64,000 nucleotides of DNA from Octopus sinensis (taxonomy: Eukaryota). The stretch is taken from NCBI RefSeq assembly GCF_006345805.1, contig NC_043002.1:34472001-34536000 (forward strand), in the 5' to 3' direction. Below, one piece after another: positions 1-15,429 of this stretch (its first letter is position 1; every line of letters starts with the position of its first letter). A program made the translations under genes and the position numbers. The notes under the pieces are model-generated. The model was not told the origin of the DNA, made no database searches, and saw only the letters and a program-made list of their open reading frames with translations.

Positions 1-16
1 CTTTATATTCCATATT

Positions 17-153
17 ATCACAGAGGGGTGCTTATCCTTTCTTGCCAGTATGAAGGCCAATTTAGCTATGTGGGTATTTCTGTATGTGCTTGGTATGTAC
101 ATTGCTAGATTGGCCTTCATACAGGCAAAAAAGGATAAGCACTCCTCTATGAT
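17..153. repeat. 55-bp-arm inverted repeat (hairpin, 27-nt loop)
   Basis: 17-71 vs reverse complement of 99-153: 49/55 identical. Confidence 0.88.
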
Positions 154-665
154 TCATCCAATAATACTGTATCGCCTGATGAAATGAATCAATGGTGATG
201 ATCAACCGGATTCCCGCGGATAATGCGGAATATAATGTACTAATCCCAAGGATACCGACTCTGATGTCAAAAGCATGGGATTTGTGGAAACGCGCGTTGC
301 GATGTATTAAATATTTGTAAATTCCGTCCTAGCATTCTTGTTTTTACTATATTTATCCTACATTATATCGGTATGACCAGGATGGAACCTTGAAAAACTG
401 ACTTACTAGTCAGTATCATTAGACGGTAGCCGGCATAATGAAACGCGGACTAGAAGAAACAGGGATAACTGATGAAGAGGGATATTCTTTATATTGCATG
501 TCTCGTTTCTGTTTGTTTCTTCGTTGTTCGAAAAAAAGTTCGTTTTCTATGTTTTTGTTTTTATATTTTCGTTTCTCAATGTGTTCAACGTATTTTTGTC
601 TTGAACCCATATATGCATGTATATATACATATATATGTAGGTATATACATATATGTATGTATATA

Positions 666-828
<163 letters not shown>

Positions 829-834
829 GTCAAT

Positions 835-1136
835 GTGCATGGCTCAGTGGTTAAAGCGTCGAGCTTACGATCGTGTGGTTGTGTGTTCGATTCCCGGACC
901 GGGCTGCTTTATTTCACGTTGCTCCAGTTAACTCAGCTGTAGAAATGAGTTGCGACATCACTGGGGCCAAGCTGTATCGGCCCCTTTGCCATTCCCTTGG
1001 ATAACATCAGTGGTGTGGAGAGGGGAGGCTGGTATGCATGGCCTTCTATAAACAACCTTACCTGGACTTGTGCCTCGGAGGATAACTTTCTAGGTGCAAT
1101 CCCATGGTCATTCATGACCGAAGGGGGTTTCCTCAT
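835..1136 (+). mobile_element. tRNA-derived SINE
   Basis: GGCTCAGTGGTTAAAGC (A box) ... GTTCGATTCC (B box), then a non-tRNA body. Confidence 0.75.
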
Positions 1137-1580
1137 AAATGGATGGATAAACTAGAAATTAAACATTAAATTATTTTCTTTCTTTTGTTTAAAAGTGTTT
1201 TTCGAAAATGACTAGCAATGAGTTTTGCTTGTGATTGATTGTCATATATAAAAGCCAGTCAGGAAAGTAAAAGCTATATCGTATTCATGGGTATGTTTCT
1301 GTGTGGGCGTATGTACATGTAACTGAGTGTGTGTGTACGTAAGTGTATTCTGTATAGGTATATTCGAAATTCGTTATTTCCGTTTATTTAATTCACATAG
1401 ACGTTATTTTTAACCTCAATTAATTCCTAATTAGTCGATGAGAACTCTCGATAATTAAATATTTCTATTGGACAAAATTAAGGTTCGCTTTGTGAAATTC
1501 ATTTGCACCTAATTACCATATAAAAGCTTCTAGGTATCTCAATATTCTAAATAAATATATAAATATATATGTGTGTGTGT

Positions 1581-1639
<59 letters not shown>

Positions 1640-1651
1640 AATGTACTCGTA

Positions 1652-1698
<47 letters not shown>

Positions 1699-3477
1699 GA
1701 GAGGGAGTGAGAGAGAGACAGAGAGAGAGCACTCTGTTGTTATTTTCACCACTTTAGTAAGGCAGAAATAGTTTCTGTTGTATAAACGCGTTCCATTCGT
1801 TTCTTTTGTATGTTCAGGTCGATATATATTCAACTCCTTGTAACTGACTACTAGTTAAAGAAAATCTTTACAAGAAATTGTCTCTTTTAACACTGGCCAA
1901 AGAAGCTAAATGATACATAAACATCTTGATGTCCCGGAAGGTTTATAGTAGAGTAATAAATACATATATTTATATGGATGTGTTCGAGAGTCATTATTTT
2001 TATTTATTTAGTTCAAATAGACGTTGATCATAACCCCAACTGATCGACCCCAGTACGCAACTGGTACTTAATTTATCGATCTCGAAAGGATGAAAGGCAA
2101 AGTCGACCTTTGCGGAATTTCAATTCAGAACGTAAATATATAGCTTTTAAATGTCTTTCGCTCAGACAATTCATTTAAACTAATGAGGTATTGCTAAGTA
2201 AAGATGAAGCTAACATCTCTTGTCTTCTTAGAATAATTTTATCATGTAGCTAGGCACCATCTCCGGCTGATAACCACAGAATGTTTATAGTCTGCTAAGG
2301 TATTGAACTTCGAGCATTTAATTACTTATCTAGAGTGCTTAAGCTTCTATAATTAATATTTTTATATCATTCATGCAATATCATTTTCTCCTCAACATTT
2401 TTCATTGTGTAGAATGATTTATGTGTACAGTCAAATCACTTTGAAGATCACTCATGGATATGAGTAATCACTGCTTCAGATGGATTCAAAATCTGTAATT
2501 CTTTCCTACATATCTTTTTGTACCTCCTTGAGATACTTCGTATAATTTATAAGTTTATCGCCTTTCATCGTTTCTGTGATCGCCTTTAAGTTTGGAAAAA
2601 GTAAAAATCCCAACGTTCACAATTGAACAACGATTTCGATTTCTTTTTTTAATAAAAGAAACGTTAGCTTTCTTGTAATCTACAAGGTTAGTATTTTTGC
2701 TTTGTAATGTTTTGTTTAACAAATTAAATTCCTAGAAGACATCTTCCAATTGTCTGCTTTTCGCCAATGAATTTTACTCCATGTTCTTTATCATTCATGA
2801 AGACAGTTTTCCTTGGGAAGTTACCTCAGCCAGTTAGGCAACACACCCAAAGGTTTTGAGACGCCCTGATAAGTTTTTACTTACAAAAGAGTCTCTCCAC
2901 ATCAACACTGAATAACACAAACGGAAAGTATAATATTTTAAAGGGTGATGAATATTTTGTATCCACTAAATGTAGTAGTAGCTTCTTTCAATGTATCAGG
3001 TCCACGCTTTTCACAATTTTCACTCTATGATCCCCCTTCAAATATGTTAAGACCTACAAAAAAAGCCATGATTGATTTAGTTGTTTTTGACTGCGTAATC
3101 CAAAAAAAAAAATTACTAGTTTTGCTCTCCCTCGTTGTATTAATTAAACACACATTTATGTACGTATGTGCTTACGATGTTGGTGAGTGTATTTATGAAT
3201 ACACCAGTGTGTACGTGTATATTTATGTATGCATGTGTTAAATAGAAGTAATTGCTTGTGGGCCTTATCTGTCAATCAATTATTGTTTTATTTACATATC
3301 TTATCTATAGAATAATCTCTGTGTACATGAATTTATCTCTCTCCCTTCTCTCTCTTATATCTATCTGTATATCTATTAATCTATCTGCCAATCTTTTCGA
3401 AATTTTATCTATGCACCCATCCATTTATCTACTTACCAATCCATCCGGCAACTATCTATCTCTCTGTCTATCAATTT

Positions 3478-3690
<213 letters not shown>

Positions 3691-5106
3691 TAGATAGATA
3701 GATACACATACACACACAAAAACACATATATATACATAACATATATATATATACATATACATATATACACACATATATACACACAGATATATATACACAT
3801 ACGTATATATAGATATATATATAGTAGAAGATATATATATATATATATATATATAGTAGAAAGAAGTAGAAGATATATATATATATATTTTACCCATCAA
3901 TCTTGCGATCCATCTATCTCTTTATATATCTATATCTACCTCTGTGTGTATGTGTGGTGTGTCGGTATGTTTGTGTGTATGCGTTTATATGTAAGCGTGT
4001 ATGTATGGTTGTGTGTATGTGTGTGCGCACGAACTATCTATCTTTGGGCATGGACATCAAACAAAGAAAGAGCCCATAAACCGTTATCCCGTTATTCTGA
4101 GCTGATATAATTCCGCAACAAAACACAAAAAGAATACAATTCGACAATAAACAACAGCAAACAATATTGGTTATAATACGGTGAGGAGTAGTATGAATGA
4201 GAGATGCGTGGGGTGCCCAGAACCCTTGTAAAAAGGACCTAGGATCAGTGTTATCCCATGTTCTGAATATTTAGGTGTTAATGTGTTAAGTAGGTTGAAC
4301 CAGTGCAGTTTCCTTATTTCCCGGGTTACCGCAGCTATTGTTAGCTTTGATCTTTAAGCCAGTGTCTTAGTGGTCGTCTTTTTGGTCGCTAAATTGATTG
4401 GCTTTGCCGTTGCTGTTGTTGAAGCTGGGAGTTTTGTTGTGGTAGTGGTAGTGGTAGTGGTGGTTGTTATGGTACTTATGGTTGTTATTGTAGTGTAGGT
4501 GATATTGTTGTTGTTGTTGTTTGTTGTTGTTGTTGCTGCTGCTGCTGTTGTTGTTGTCGTTGCTCTATTTCCGTTATTATTGCAAATTTTACATACTCGT
4601 TAGCTCCACGGACAACATGCTCAGCGGCATTTCTTCCGGCTGTTCTGTTCAAATTTTCTGAGTTCAAATTGCGCAGGAGGTTGACTTTGCCTTTCATCCT
4701 TTAGGGGGTCGATAAAACAAATTACCTGTTGATGTAATCAGCTAACCCCCTCTGCAAAAAATTTTCAGGCCTTGTTGCTATATTAATAAAAAGGGGTTAT
4801 TGATCTCTCTTATTTAACAAACGATGTTCAGTCAGAAAATAGCACTCCCCTGTCTTAAATACTGACACCACCAGCCCACCGCAAAAGTACTTTCTCCTTG
4901 AAAGAATTTCCTTCACGCAGTCAAGATAGCATATGTTGTGATTTAGATCTCAATAATCTCACTCCTCAACACTCGATAATCCTTTCCTGATATCCAATAT
5001 ACACACAGAACGGATAGTCACCTCTGACTCTCTCACTCACTCACTCTCTCACTCTCTCACACGCACACACTTATACACACATACAACCATACCTCATCTC
5101 TCTATT

Positions 5107-5155
<49 letters not shown>

Positions 5156-6519
5156 TACCTCCTCTTTCTTTCTCTTTCACACACACCTCCTCTCTCTCTA
5201 TCGTCCTTTCTCTTTTTCTCCCACACACACATACACACATGCATAAACACGCCCACACAATCATACTCATACACACATTACACAAACGCCCTCACAGTAT
5301 GGTACGTTGAATGTCATATCAGTTCCGACCACAAGTGTTCAAATAATTCAATCAACGGAACTGCATATTCATTCCATTGTACAAAGTGGCCGAATATTCC
5401 TCACATTATGTGATATACAGCATAACAAGCTGATTGATATGCTGTGTTACATATAGTATGGTATTCTACGTGACATGGTGTGTGACAACATAATGTGTCA
5501 TGCTATGTGACAAGGTTAGCCCTTTAAATCAATCTACAATCCATTATACAGGCTTCCACACAGTCTCTGTCCCTCACTGAAGTGGTTGTATAGACCTCGT
5601 ATCTTTGATGTAATTTTATGCAAAAATCAACATATAATTCTATGTGTAAAACCTGGTTCTCCGAATTACAGAAACTGTCCATACAACGGGATTCCATACA
5701 CTAACCCAATTTTCCTTGGAAGACTTGCGACTCAATTTTCCTTAGAAGATTTTCGTCACTCACCCAAGGTGCTACGCAGTGGAATCATAACACAAGGCCG
5801 TATGATTGTAAAGCGAGCATTTCATTCATAAGGTAATGCCTACATCAGACACATACAGCCTGAGAAGGCCTGCGGAGCCATTTGTGTAGCCTAGCCTAGC
5901 CTTCCAGACGGTACCAATAAACGACATACTACGTACTCAAACACACTTAAATACGCATCTTGATGATACTAAAGGGGTATTTGTCTGTACCCGAAATATC
6001 TCAGAAATAGTATATTTTATCTTAATTTGTTTTGCATATTTATTTTCATACTTACCTTCAGTAAGTGCTTTACAAATTTTTGTGACATTTGGATCTCTAT
6101 TTATTAATGAAAACGAGTAAACACAATTTTTGTTTACTATTTCTTGACGAGAAAAAACATAGCTTCTGTGACTTCAACACATACACACATGCAGAATACA
6201 CCATAAACAGTATGCACCATATCTGTATAACATTGTGTAATACACTGTGAACAGTGTCCGTTGTATCTTTTTGTCATTGTGTTACACACTGTTGATGGTG
6301 TCCATTATATGTGTATACCACTCTGTACTACGTCAGGACTGTGAATGCAAAATTTGAATAATGCTGTGTAAAACTCCATGAATTATGTCCAACCGATCTG
6401 TATATCACTTTAACATACCAGAAAGAGTGTTCACCAGATCAGTATAACACTGTGTCAGGTGCCATGAGCAGTATTTACCAGATCTGTACACCATTGTGTA
6501 ACACACCATGTACAGTGGA

Positions 6520-8460
6520 TAGATTGCGAAAATATATCGTTGCTAGAGTATATAGAACTTAGGAGGAAATACTAATAAGGTATGTATACTAAAATTGTGA
6601 CGTATGTTACGTAATAAAAGGCTAATCACATATGAGATAATAACAATTCAAAGTAAATAACTGTTTGTGATATGGAAGTTTGGTTTCATTTTAAAAAATT
6701 TTAAGCATTCAAAGTATGAGTTCATTGTATATGAACACACTTAGTAAATAAATTCTGGAATCAAAAACTTATCTATCATCGAAAAATTTTAACTGGAAAA
6801 ATGCAGACTTATCGGAGTTATGGGCATTCAAAGTGTAACGAAATTTAATTGAAAACCCTGCATGCATTGGCAGTATTTAGTTATTTGGAGATGTTGAAAA
6901 AATGTGTATTAACGCAATGTGTAAATTAATTACAATAGAATAGAATAGACGTTCATCAAAATCTTGTATGAACTGTAAATAAGCAATAAATATTATGATT
7001 TGTAAAATAAGTATAACTGATACAGGGTGTCGCAAGTCAGTGTGGTGTGGAAGTTTGGTTTCATCTTTTAAGAATTTTAAGCATTCAAAGTATGAGTTCG
7101 TTGTACTAGGACAAACTTATGAAATACGTTGTGGAATGTAAAAATTATCTACTATCATCGAAAGATTTGAACTGTAAAACTGCAAAATTATCGGAGTTAT
7201 GGGCATGTGAAATTTGGCAATCAGGGATCGAATCCACGCTATGCCTGCATGAAGCCACTACAAATACGTTGTGGAATAAAAAAATTATGTACTGTCATAG
7301 AAAAAGTTTAACTGGAATAATGCAGAATTATCGGAGGAATGGGCATTCAAAAAAGTATGTATGTATAGAAATGTATGAATGGAATCTTTAAAGGTTTAAG
7401 ATTCAAATCAAGAAAGTGCAATAATAATGTTTAGCAGTTCAAAACTGAGTAGTGAAATGCAGAATTAGGTCGGCTGATCGTGAGAATCAAATATTGATCG
7501 CTTTGCTTAAAACTGCAGGTAGTATGGGTTATTCACCTTGGGTTGTTCAAATAAAATATTAGTAATATGTAGTAGATATAAGGATCCATTGGAGGAGGCC
7601 CTATTATCGATTTTTTCAACAATCTAAGTATGTCACGAGGTTTCCAGACATGAGTTCTACTCACGTGTCAAATAAAGTATAAAAGTGATATTGTCTACAA
7701 ATATTAGAAATTGGACACACAAAAAAATCAATATTCAAAGTAATCGAACATAAAGAATGAAACCTGTAAAATATTTCTAAATTCGATGGCTCAATTAGTT
7801 TCATGAAAATGTATGAAATGTAAATAAGTAATAAATATTATGATTAATTAGTTTCATGAAAATATTGTATGAACTGTAAATAAGCAATAAATATTATGAT
7901 TTGTAAAATAAGTATAAGTGATACAGGGTGTCCCAACTGAATGTGGTGCGGAACTTTGGGTTCATTTTTTAAGAATTTGAAGCATTCAAAGTATGAGCTT
8001 ATTGTATTGGGACACACTTATTAAATACGTTCTTGAATAAAAAATTTATGTACTGTCATCGAAAAACTGGAAAAATGCAGAATTATCGGAGTTAAGGGCA
8101 TTGAAAATGTACATGCATCAAGAAAGTGCAATAATAAGATTTAGCAGTTCAAAATTGTGAGTAGTGAAATGCAAAATTAGGTCCGCTGATCGTGAGAATC
8201 AAATATTGATCGCTTCGCTAAAAACTAACAACTGTAAGTGTAGGTGGTATAGTTATTTCCCTTGAGTGTTTAAAAAAATATTGTGCAGTTGCTATGGGTT
8301 ATTTCCCTTGGGTGTTTTAAAAAACTATTAGTTAGATATAAAGATCCCTTCCAGGGGCCGTATTATCGATTTTTCAACAATCTAAGTATGTCACGAGGTT
8401 TCCAGACATGATTTCTACTCACGTGTCAAGTTTCATGAAATCAATAAAACGATGTTTTTT
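6520..8460. repeat. Helitron-like element with internal nested tandem duplications (~900-bp and ~380-bp periods)
   Basis: Block GGAAGTTTGGTTTCAT...GCATTCAAAGTATGAG at ~6675, ~7049, ~7949; TGTATGAACTGTAAATAAGC at 6966 and 7867. Confidence 0.7.
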
Positions 8461-8639
8461 TTACAGGATGTGGTGCATGGAAATAGTCAACGAAACATGG
8501 CACTATAAATTATCGCGGACGTAATCCAAAAACTTGATCGGCATGCATAAGAATGCATGTGATGTGTCCTCAATTTCTCCGGCGCGTGCCTTCATACAAT
8601 TGAAGAAATAGCAAATAATTTCAACCGCACCTAACAAGT

Positions 8640-8890
8640 TATCCGATCTTCACAATGAATCACCAAAGTCCTTCGTAACTGACTGAATCAAAAGCTTTAG
8701 TGAGATCAAGATTTTGTTTTTTCGTTTTTCTTAGATTTCTTTCGCTGCAAATCAGTAGTGTCTCTACCAGACCTGAATAAGTAACGACTTTCAGGAAATG
8801 AAATATCGAAGTTGAGACAGAGAAGGATGATGCTTTCTCTGTGATCATCCAAGTTCTTATCGCCACTACTGACTTCAAATTTAGGCACAA
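8640..8890 (-). mobile_element. RTE-like RT fragment
   Basis: LDLTKAFDSVSYEGLW at the end of ORF 8660-8899. Confidence 0.55.
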
Positions 8891-9082
8891 GGCCAGCAAG
8901 TTCTGGAGAGGAGGCTAGTCGATTACATTGATCCCAGCACTGGTACTTATTTTATCGACCCCGAAAGGATGAAAGGCAAAATCAACCACGCTGGAATTTG
9001 AACTCGGAATGTAAAGAGGGACGAAATGCCGCTTAGCATTTTTCGCCCGGCGTGCTAACGATTCTACCAGTTTGCCGCCTTA
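8891..9082 (-). mobile_element. SINE (family beginning TAAGGCGGCGAGCTGGCAGAATCGTTAGC)
   Basis: Reverse complement matches the copies at 24813-25445. Confidence 0.8.
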
Positions 9083-9805
9083 ATCTTAATATCAACGGTG
9101 GATAATCCCTGTGGCTATCGCACACCTGTCTATCTCTTTGTAGAGGCCAATGATAATAACGTTGTTTGTTAATATAATATGATAACGTTGTTTGATAAAT
9201 AAAGTGCTGTACTCACGGCTCTGTGATGAGTACTGGTTATTTTAAATTCAAATATATATATATATATATATAAAGAGAGAGAGAGAGAGAGAGAGCATGT
9301 GATTACGTGATCACGTGACAGACCAGTCTATCAGATATTGTTACACATCGCTGGTCACAATTCGCTTTTGCTTTGTTTTAGCATTCAAACGATGCCACTC
9401 CTCTGGCTAGGCGAGCAGGCCAACATTCCCCACTGATCGAAGTAGGACTAGAGCAATGTGAAATATGAGAAATGAACTGTTTTGCTCAAGAACACAACAC
9501 GCCACCCTGTCAGGGAACCGAACCCACGATCTAGCGATCATGAGTGCAACAGCCTAACCACCATGTATATATGCATGTATGTCATTGGGCTACCGCCATG
9601 CTAGGACACGAGCTTCGGGGTTTTAGTCGAACAAATCGAACCCAGTACTCATTTTAAGTCTGGTGTTTATTCAATCGGTCTCTTATGTCGAACCGATAGC
9701 TTACAGGATGTAAAGAAACCAGCGCCAGTTGTAAAGCGGTGGTGGTGGTTGTGGTGGTGGTGGTGGTGGTGGTGGTGGACAAACACACTCGCATACATAC
9801 ATACA

Positions 9806-9890
<85 letters not shown>

Positions 9891-10171
9891 ACACATACCA
9901 GTAATTAAATATGAATCTGTGTATAGGCGCAGGTATGTCTTCATGGTTAAGAAGCTTGCTTTGCAACTTTGTGTGGTTTCAAGTTTAGTCCCACCGCGCG
10001 ACATCTTGCGCAAGTGTCTTCTACTAGATACCCGAGATGACCGATACCTTGTGAGTAAATTTGTTAGACGGAAACCGTGCAGAGGTCCAGCCATTTCTAT
10101 TCATTTTTTTCAAAAAAATATATATATATTTAAAAAACTTTGAAAAAAAGTCCTAAGAAAAAGTCCAACTA

Positions 10172-10497
10172 CATGTTCCGGGTTCAGTCCCACTGCGTGG
10201 CACTGCTGATCAAAGCCTTGTCAGTAGATTTGGTAGACGGAAACTGAAAGAAGCCCGTTGTGTGTGTGTGTGTGTGTGTGTCTGTGTGTGTCTGTGTGTC
10301 TGTGTTTGTTCCCCCAACATCGCTCGACAAACGATGTTGGTATGTTTACGTCCCCTAACTTAGCGGTTAGGCAAAAAGAGACCGATAGAATAAGTACTAA
10401 GCTCGCACAGAATAAGCCCTGAGATCGATTTGTTTGACTAAAGACGGTGCTCCAGCATGGCCGCAGTCAAATGACTGAAACAAGGAAAAGGAAAAGT
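10172..10497 (+). mobile_element. Bipartite SINE (tRNA head, internal microsatellite, conserved tail)
   Basis: GGTTCAGTCCCACTGCGTGGCAC...GGTAGACGGAAACTGAAAGAAGCCCG-(TG)n-TTAGCGGTT...CCAGCATGGCCGCAGTCAAATGACTGAAACAAG. Confidence 0.85.
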
Positions 10498-11555
10498 ACT
10501 TTATATACATACATATGTATGTATATAAACGAACATGTGTATCTGTGTGTGTATGTGATTGTGAGTGTGCGTTTATGTGTATAAATAAAGGACAGCTTTT
10601 CTTTAAATATGTTATATTAAGGACACTGTGTTCGACTGTAATATCTTTTATTAATGATTTTTCGTATTTCCTTGTTAATCCTTTATGTCTAGTATCAAAC
10701 AGCACGCTTTCTGAGTTTATTTACATTTCAAGACCTTCTTGGTCACATCATATGACTGAAATGATAACGCTGTTGAAGTGCTCTTCGCGCGCTTGGCAGT
10801 AGATCAAAATAAGATCAAGGGAATACTGTGGTATTTGATAAAATCGCCAATGCCAGATTTTAAATTGTTCAACGGTTAATTCCACTTAGACTTTGTACTA
10901 TATATGCCCTGATTTTTGGATCGAATTTTGCTATAAAGCTTCAGGTGGTAATTTTCCCGTTATTTTCTTTTTGTGGAGTCCTATACAGGATGGTAATGTT
11001 GATAATTTTTTTTTCCATTAGTTATGTTTTATATCTTAATATTAGTTAAAATAATTTCTCATTCTGTCTCAACTTCCTTCCGTTTGCAGAGTGAAAGTGC
11101 AGCATTCGAATGGTTCTCATCGGGGATCGGGCTTCATAATTCAAATACAAGATGACGGCAAAGAAATTTTATGAAAATAATTTCTTTTGTTTCTTCTTGT
11201 TTTATTTGCTGTTGTTTTCTTTTGCTGTTTTTTTAAAACTAAAATGACATTGCGTACTCAATGCACCATTCACTACATTTTTTAACCACTCAAATACTTG
11301 ATATCATTTACCTCAGACGTGAGAATAACATTCCTGTGAATTTTGCTTATATTTATAGACCTTTTAAACCTGTTTATAGACTTTTAAAACTGATACACAT
11401 AGCGGCCAAATCTCCCTCTAGTCATTCGCAATAATGTTGATAAATTCCCACACATTAACCAATACTGACTGATTAATCTCTACATATAAACACAAACAGG
11501 TACAAATACAAGCACACACAGACTTGTATGTATTTACGCATGTATGTATGTATGA

Positions 11556-11588
<33 letters not shown>

Positions 11589-11594
11589 TGTATG

Positions 11595-11628
<34 letters not shown>

Positions 11629-12468
11629 TATATGTCTACATGTATATTTAGTCCTGCTGAGATTCCAGTATGGCGCCCGGTGTGCTAAAAGACCACAGGG
11701 TGTAAGGCACTACTCAGCTTTTGTTAAAGCATATCTCTAGGTCATTCTGATATAAAGCCGGATATGCATTGAATACTATGGGGAGCTTTTGCTTACGCTT
11801 GAGATCATGGCGCTCCTACATTCCAAACCACATCTGCACTAAATATCTTGCTTCGGTTTGTCTCTGGATCGTGTTAATAGGGTGGAGAGGGTCTATAAGA
11901 TGTCATGCTGAAAATAATTTCTTTTGTTTCTTCTGCACGAGTATTACTGCTTAATGGTCAATGATGGTCTTCCTCAGCCACAACTGGACAAACATTATGT
12001 GTATTTAATAGGTTCAGACTGGCTGGCCATGGGTTCGATCCTACAGCATAACATCATGAGTAGACGTAATTTTCTATATCGACAGGTTGACTCATACTTT
12101 GTCAGAGAAATGTCACATTCAAATGTCACAGCCTTATCTGAGAATTACGTAAAGGATACACATGCCTGGAATGTTTGGTCACTTATACGTTAGTTCCGAA
12201 GCAGATGATGCTTCATTGCTGAGCTGCTAAATTACGAGGACGACGTGTATATATATATATATACTTATTACTTATTACTTATATATTGCTTATTCATTTT
12301 TGTACTTCTTATGATCTAGTTATATGTTTTTAAAAAATATATTTTATTTTTTATCTATGATTTGGTAAATGTTTATCATTGTTTGAATTGCATAATAGTT
12401 GTTTTTTTCTCTAATTTATCTTATATTATATTGTATTATATTATATTGTATTATATTATATATATATA

Positions 12469-12523
<55 letters not shown>

Positions 12524-12587
12524 ATATTATTGCGAAATTGATTTAATCTAAATTGAATTTTTCCATGTAAGTTTGGAGTTATACTCC

Positions 12588-12742
<155 letters not shown>

Positions 12743-12786
12743 TATATATATATATACATATATAATATATATATATTATATATCTA

Positions 12787-12889
<103 letters not shown>

Positions 12890-14084
12890 GTACATAAATA
12901 CATATATAAATTTTTCTGCGGCTGCTGAATTTGTTGAGTATATGAACAGATTGGCTGTTTGTTTCTCTGGAGTTGGGTTGGGTTGATCAATCTAGGTGTG
13001 ATATATGTAACGTATAGAATTGATACATAAACAGAAATTTTAATTATTTTTCTGTGTACTTGGAATTTATTTAACTTTTCTTTACTTTGCAGGAAGCAAA
13101 CTGGTCGCTAAGAATGCAACAAGGCTCTTTTATTTAGAGCAAGACAGTTCTTGAGGTTTGTGGTTAACTGAAATGGTTGATGTATGCATACATGTGTGTG
13201 TCGTGCATATGCTGGTGCTTGATAAACTTGCACTCCTGGTTGTGCGTTTTACAATGGAATACAAGTGTGTGCGTGTGTGTGTGTGTGTGTTTCATTACTG
13301 CTTATGCGTGTGTGCTTGTACATACCATATACAGGAGTGATTGTATGCATATGGTGATCAAGTAACCTTAAATGAAGAATCCCTGAAATGTGTATCTCGA
13401 GAATGAGAATCAGTCTGTTCTGTTCTTTTTCGAAGAACTCAAGCAACTCTATTTTTTTTTACACAGTTCGGTTGTTACGTAACCAATACACCTAGGATAA
13501 TAAGAAAGAATGAAAATCTATAGCTTGGATTTAAGAGCTATGAGTTTCTTATAAGTTTTCCATATATGTTCTCCCTTTCCCCAGTTTTTGGTGAAACATT
13601 CATATCCTCCGAGTAGTTGATCTCTAATACGGTACGCGACTTTTGCTCCCTGCCCCATACAACAACATCTATCCTGTTGTACTTACAGCGGATTGTTGTT
13701 TTTATTGAAACTATTCTATACTTTTAAAGGTGTGGATAATGTCTGGTTCTTGTGCGCCTTTTGCAGAAAAGACAATCCTTTCAGCTTACAGTATTGTAGA
13801 CTGTCTTGGGGACAATGTGATGTCTTGTGAGAAGGAAGAATTTCACGGACACTTTTGAAAAGATGCTGATAATATGAGTGATATCTTCCACAATGGTATG
13901 GCACAATCGACCTTTTCTCTCACGACGTAGAAGTCAAGAAGCATCTTTATCTCTCTTGTTGATCAGGTATTTTATTGCTGTCTCCTGTTCTTGGATAACA
14001 AAGAAACTGTAGCCTTTCTAAGGTGAAATGTAATGTTCTTATCGCACGTCGAGAGGGGTTACTATTCGTGTCAATGCTGTTGCA

Positions 14085-14087
14085 AAG

Positions 14088-14118
<31 letters not shown>

Positions 14119-14990
14119 TGTATGTATGTATGTATGTATGTATGTTTTATGTATGTAAGTATGTATGTGTGCAGATTTTTATGTTTTATGTATGTATTCT
14201 CATACATATAGTTGCATATCTAGACATGCTCATATATATTTAAGTGATAAACTTCTGGAAAGGTTTACAGATTTTTACAGTTCCAGTGATGGACTGGATC
14301 TGTAGTCTTCGAATTAGCTTTCTCCTTCCTGGTTTTGAGAAGCCTAATTTCTCAAGATTGATATTTAGGCAGTGTGTTACATATCCCAAGGTCCCAATGA
14401 TTATAGGTATAAACTTGAACTTTTAATCTTGATAGAGTAACTGCAGATTTCTCAATAGCTCAGCATAGGTGTTCTCTTTTTCACTGATCTTCAGCTTTTA
14501 TGTTAACATCAGCTGGGCAGCTAATTTCCACAACTGTACACAGTTTCTCTTCCCTATCCCAAATCATCATATCAGGTCTGTTGTGCTTATTGAGGTCTTC
14601 ACTGATACATTCCACCAGTATTCCTTTTTATTATGAGTGGCTGTCCTTTCTGCCACACTGTGGGTTCTTATTTCTTTGTCCTCGAGATTATCCTTCTGAT
14701 GGATTTCATTATAGAGCGTCCTAGCTACAACGTCATGTCTCATCGGTAGATAATACTGTGATGACATTTTCGGACAACTGCTTATGATGTGGGTAATATC
14801 TGCAGTGTGAACTCCACAAAATCAAACTGCATCGGTTATTACACTTTACAGCTTTTCCTGCATTTCTATCCCTTTTGTGCATCAGGTATCTGGCTGATAT
14901 TTCCTGTTCTTGGATTGCATACGCATACCCTTCAAAGTGGGAGGTAGTAATCCGGCTATTGGTCCCTGATAAACTGCTTTGATGATGTAT
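14085..14990 (-). mobile_element. 3' part of R4/Dong-like RLE non-LTR retrotransposon ending in a (CATA)n tract
   Basis: RHDVVARTLY, YWWNVSVKT, RPDMMIW, VVEISCPAD (RLE PD-D/ExK endonuclease region), interrupted by frameshifts. Confidence 0.8.
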
Positions 14991-15429
14991 GTATGTACGT
15001 ATGTACGTATGTATGTATGTATGTATGTATGTATGTATGTATGTATGTATGTATGTATGTATGTATCGCTGGCAGGCTGGTTGGCTGGCTTGTAGGCTAG
15101 ATGGATGGATGGATGGATGGATGGATGGATGGATGGATGGTTATATGTATTCATGGATGGATGGGTGTGTGGACGGCTGTATAGAAACTCATTTACAAAT
15201 GCTCTCACATGTATATACGAGTTTATGTTTCAGTATGTTTTGAATCGTTCACAATACGGTAAGGTCAGAAGGGAATCATTAATCTGTAAAGCAACAATTA
15301 CTACAAAAGAGGATGAAAGATGGAAGGAAAGAAGGGGGAAGAGTAAAACTATAGTCGTAACTGTTGTCATATCCCCTACTGTTGGCATTAACATGCTGTG
15401 TACTCCTCTGATAAATGTTGTCTCATAAC

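Noticed and set aside
835-910. Functional tRNA gene
   Set aside because: It has A and B boxes but no acceptor stem and continues into a SINE body
13093-13155. Possible small exon after a good acceptor (TTTCTTTACTTTGCAG)
   Set aside because: Stop codons in all three frames and no supporting neighbouring exons; at most a non-coding exon
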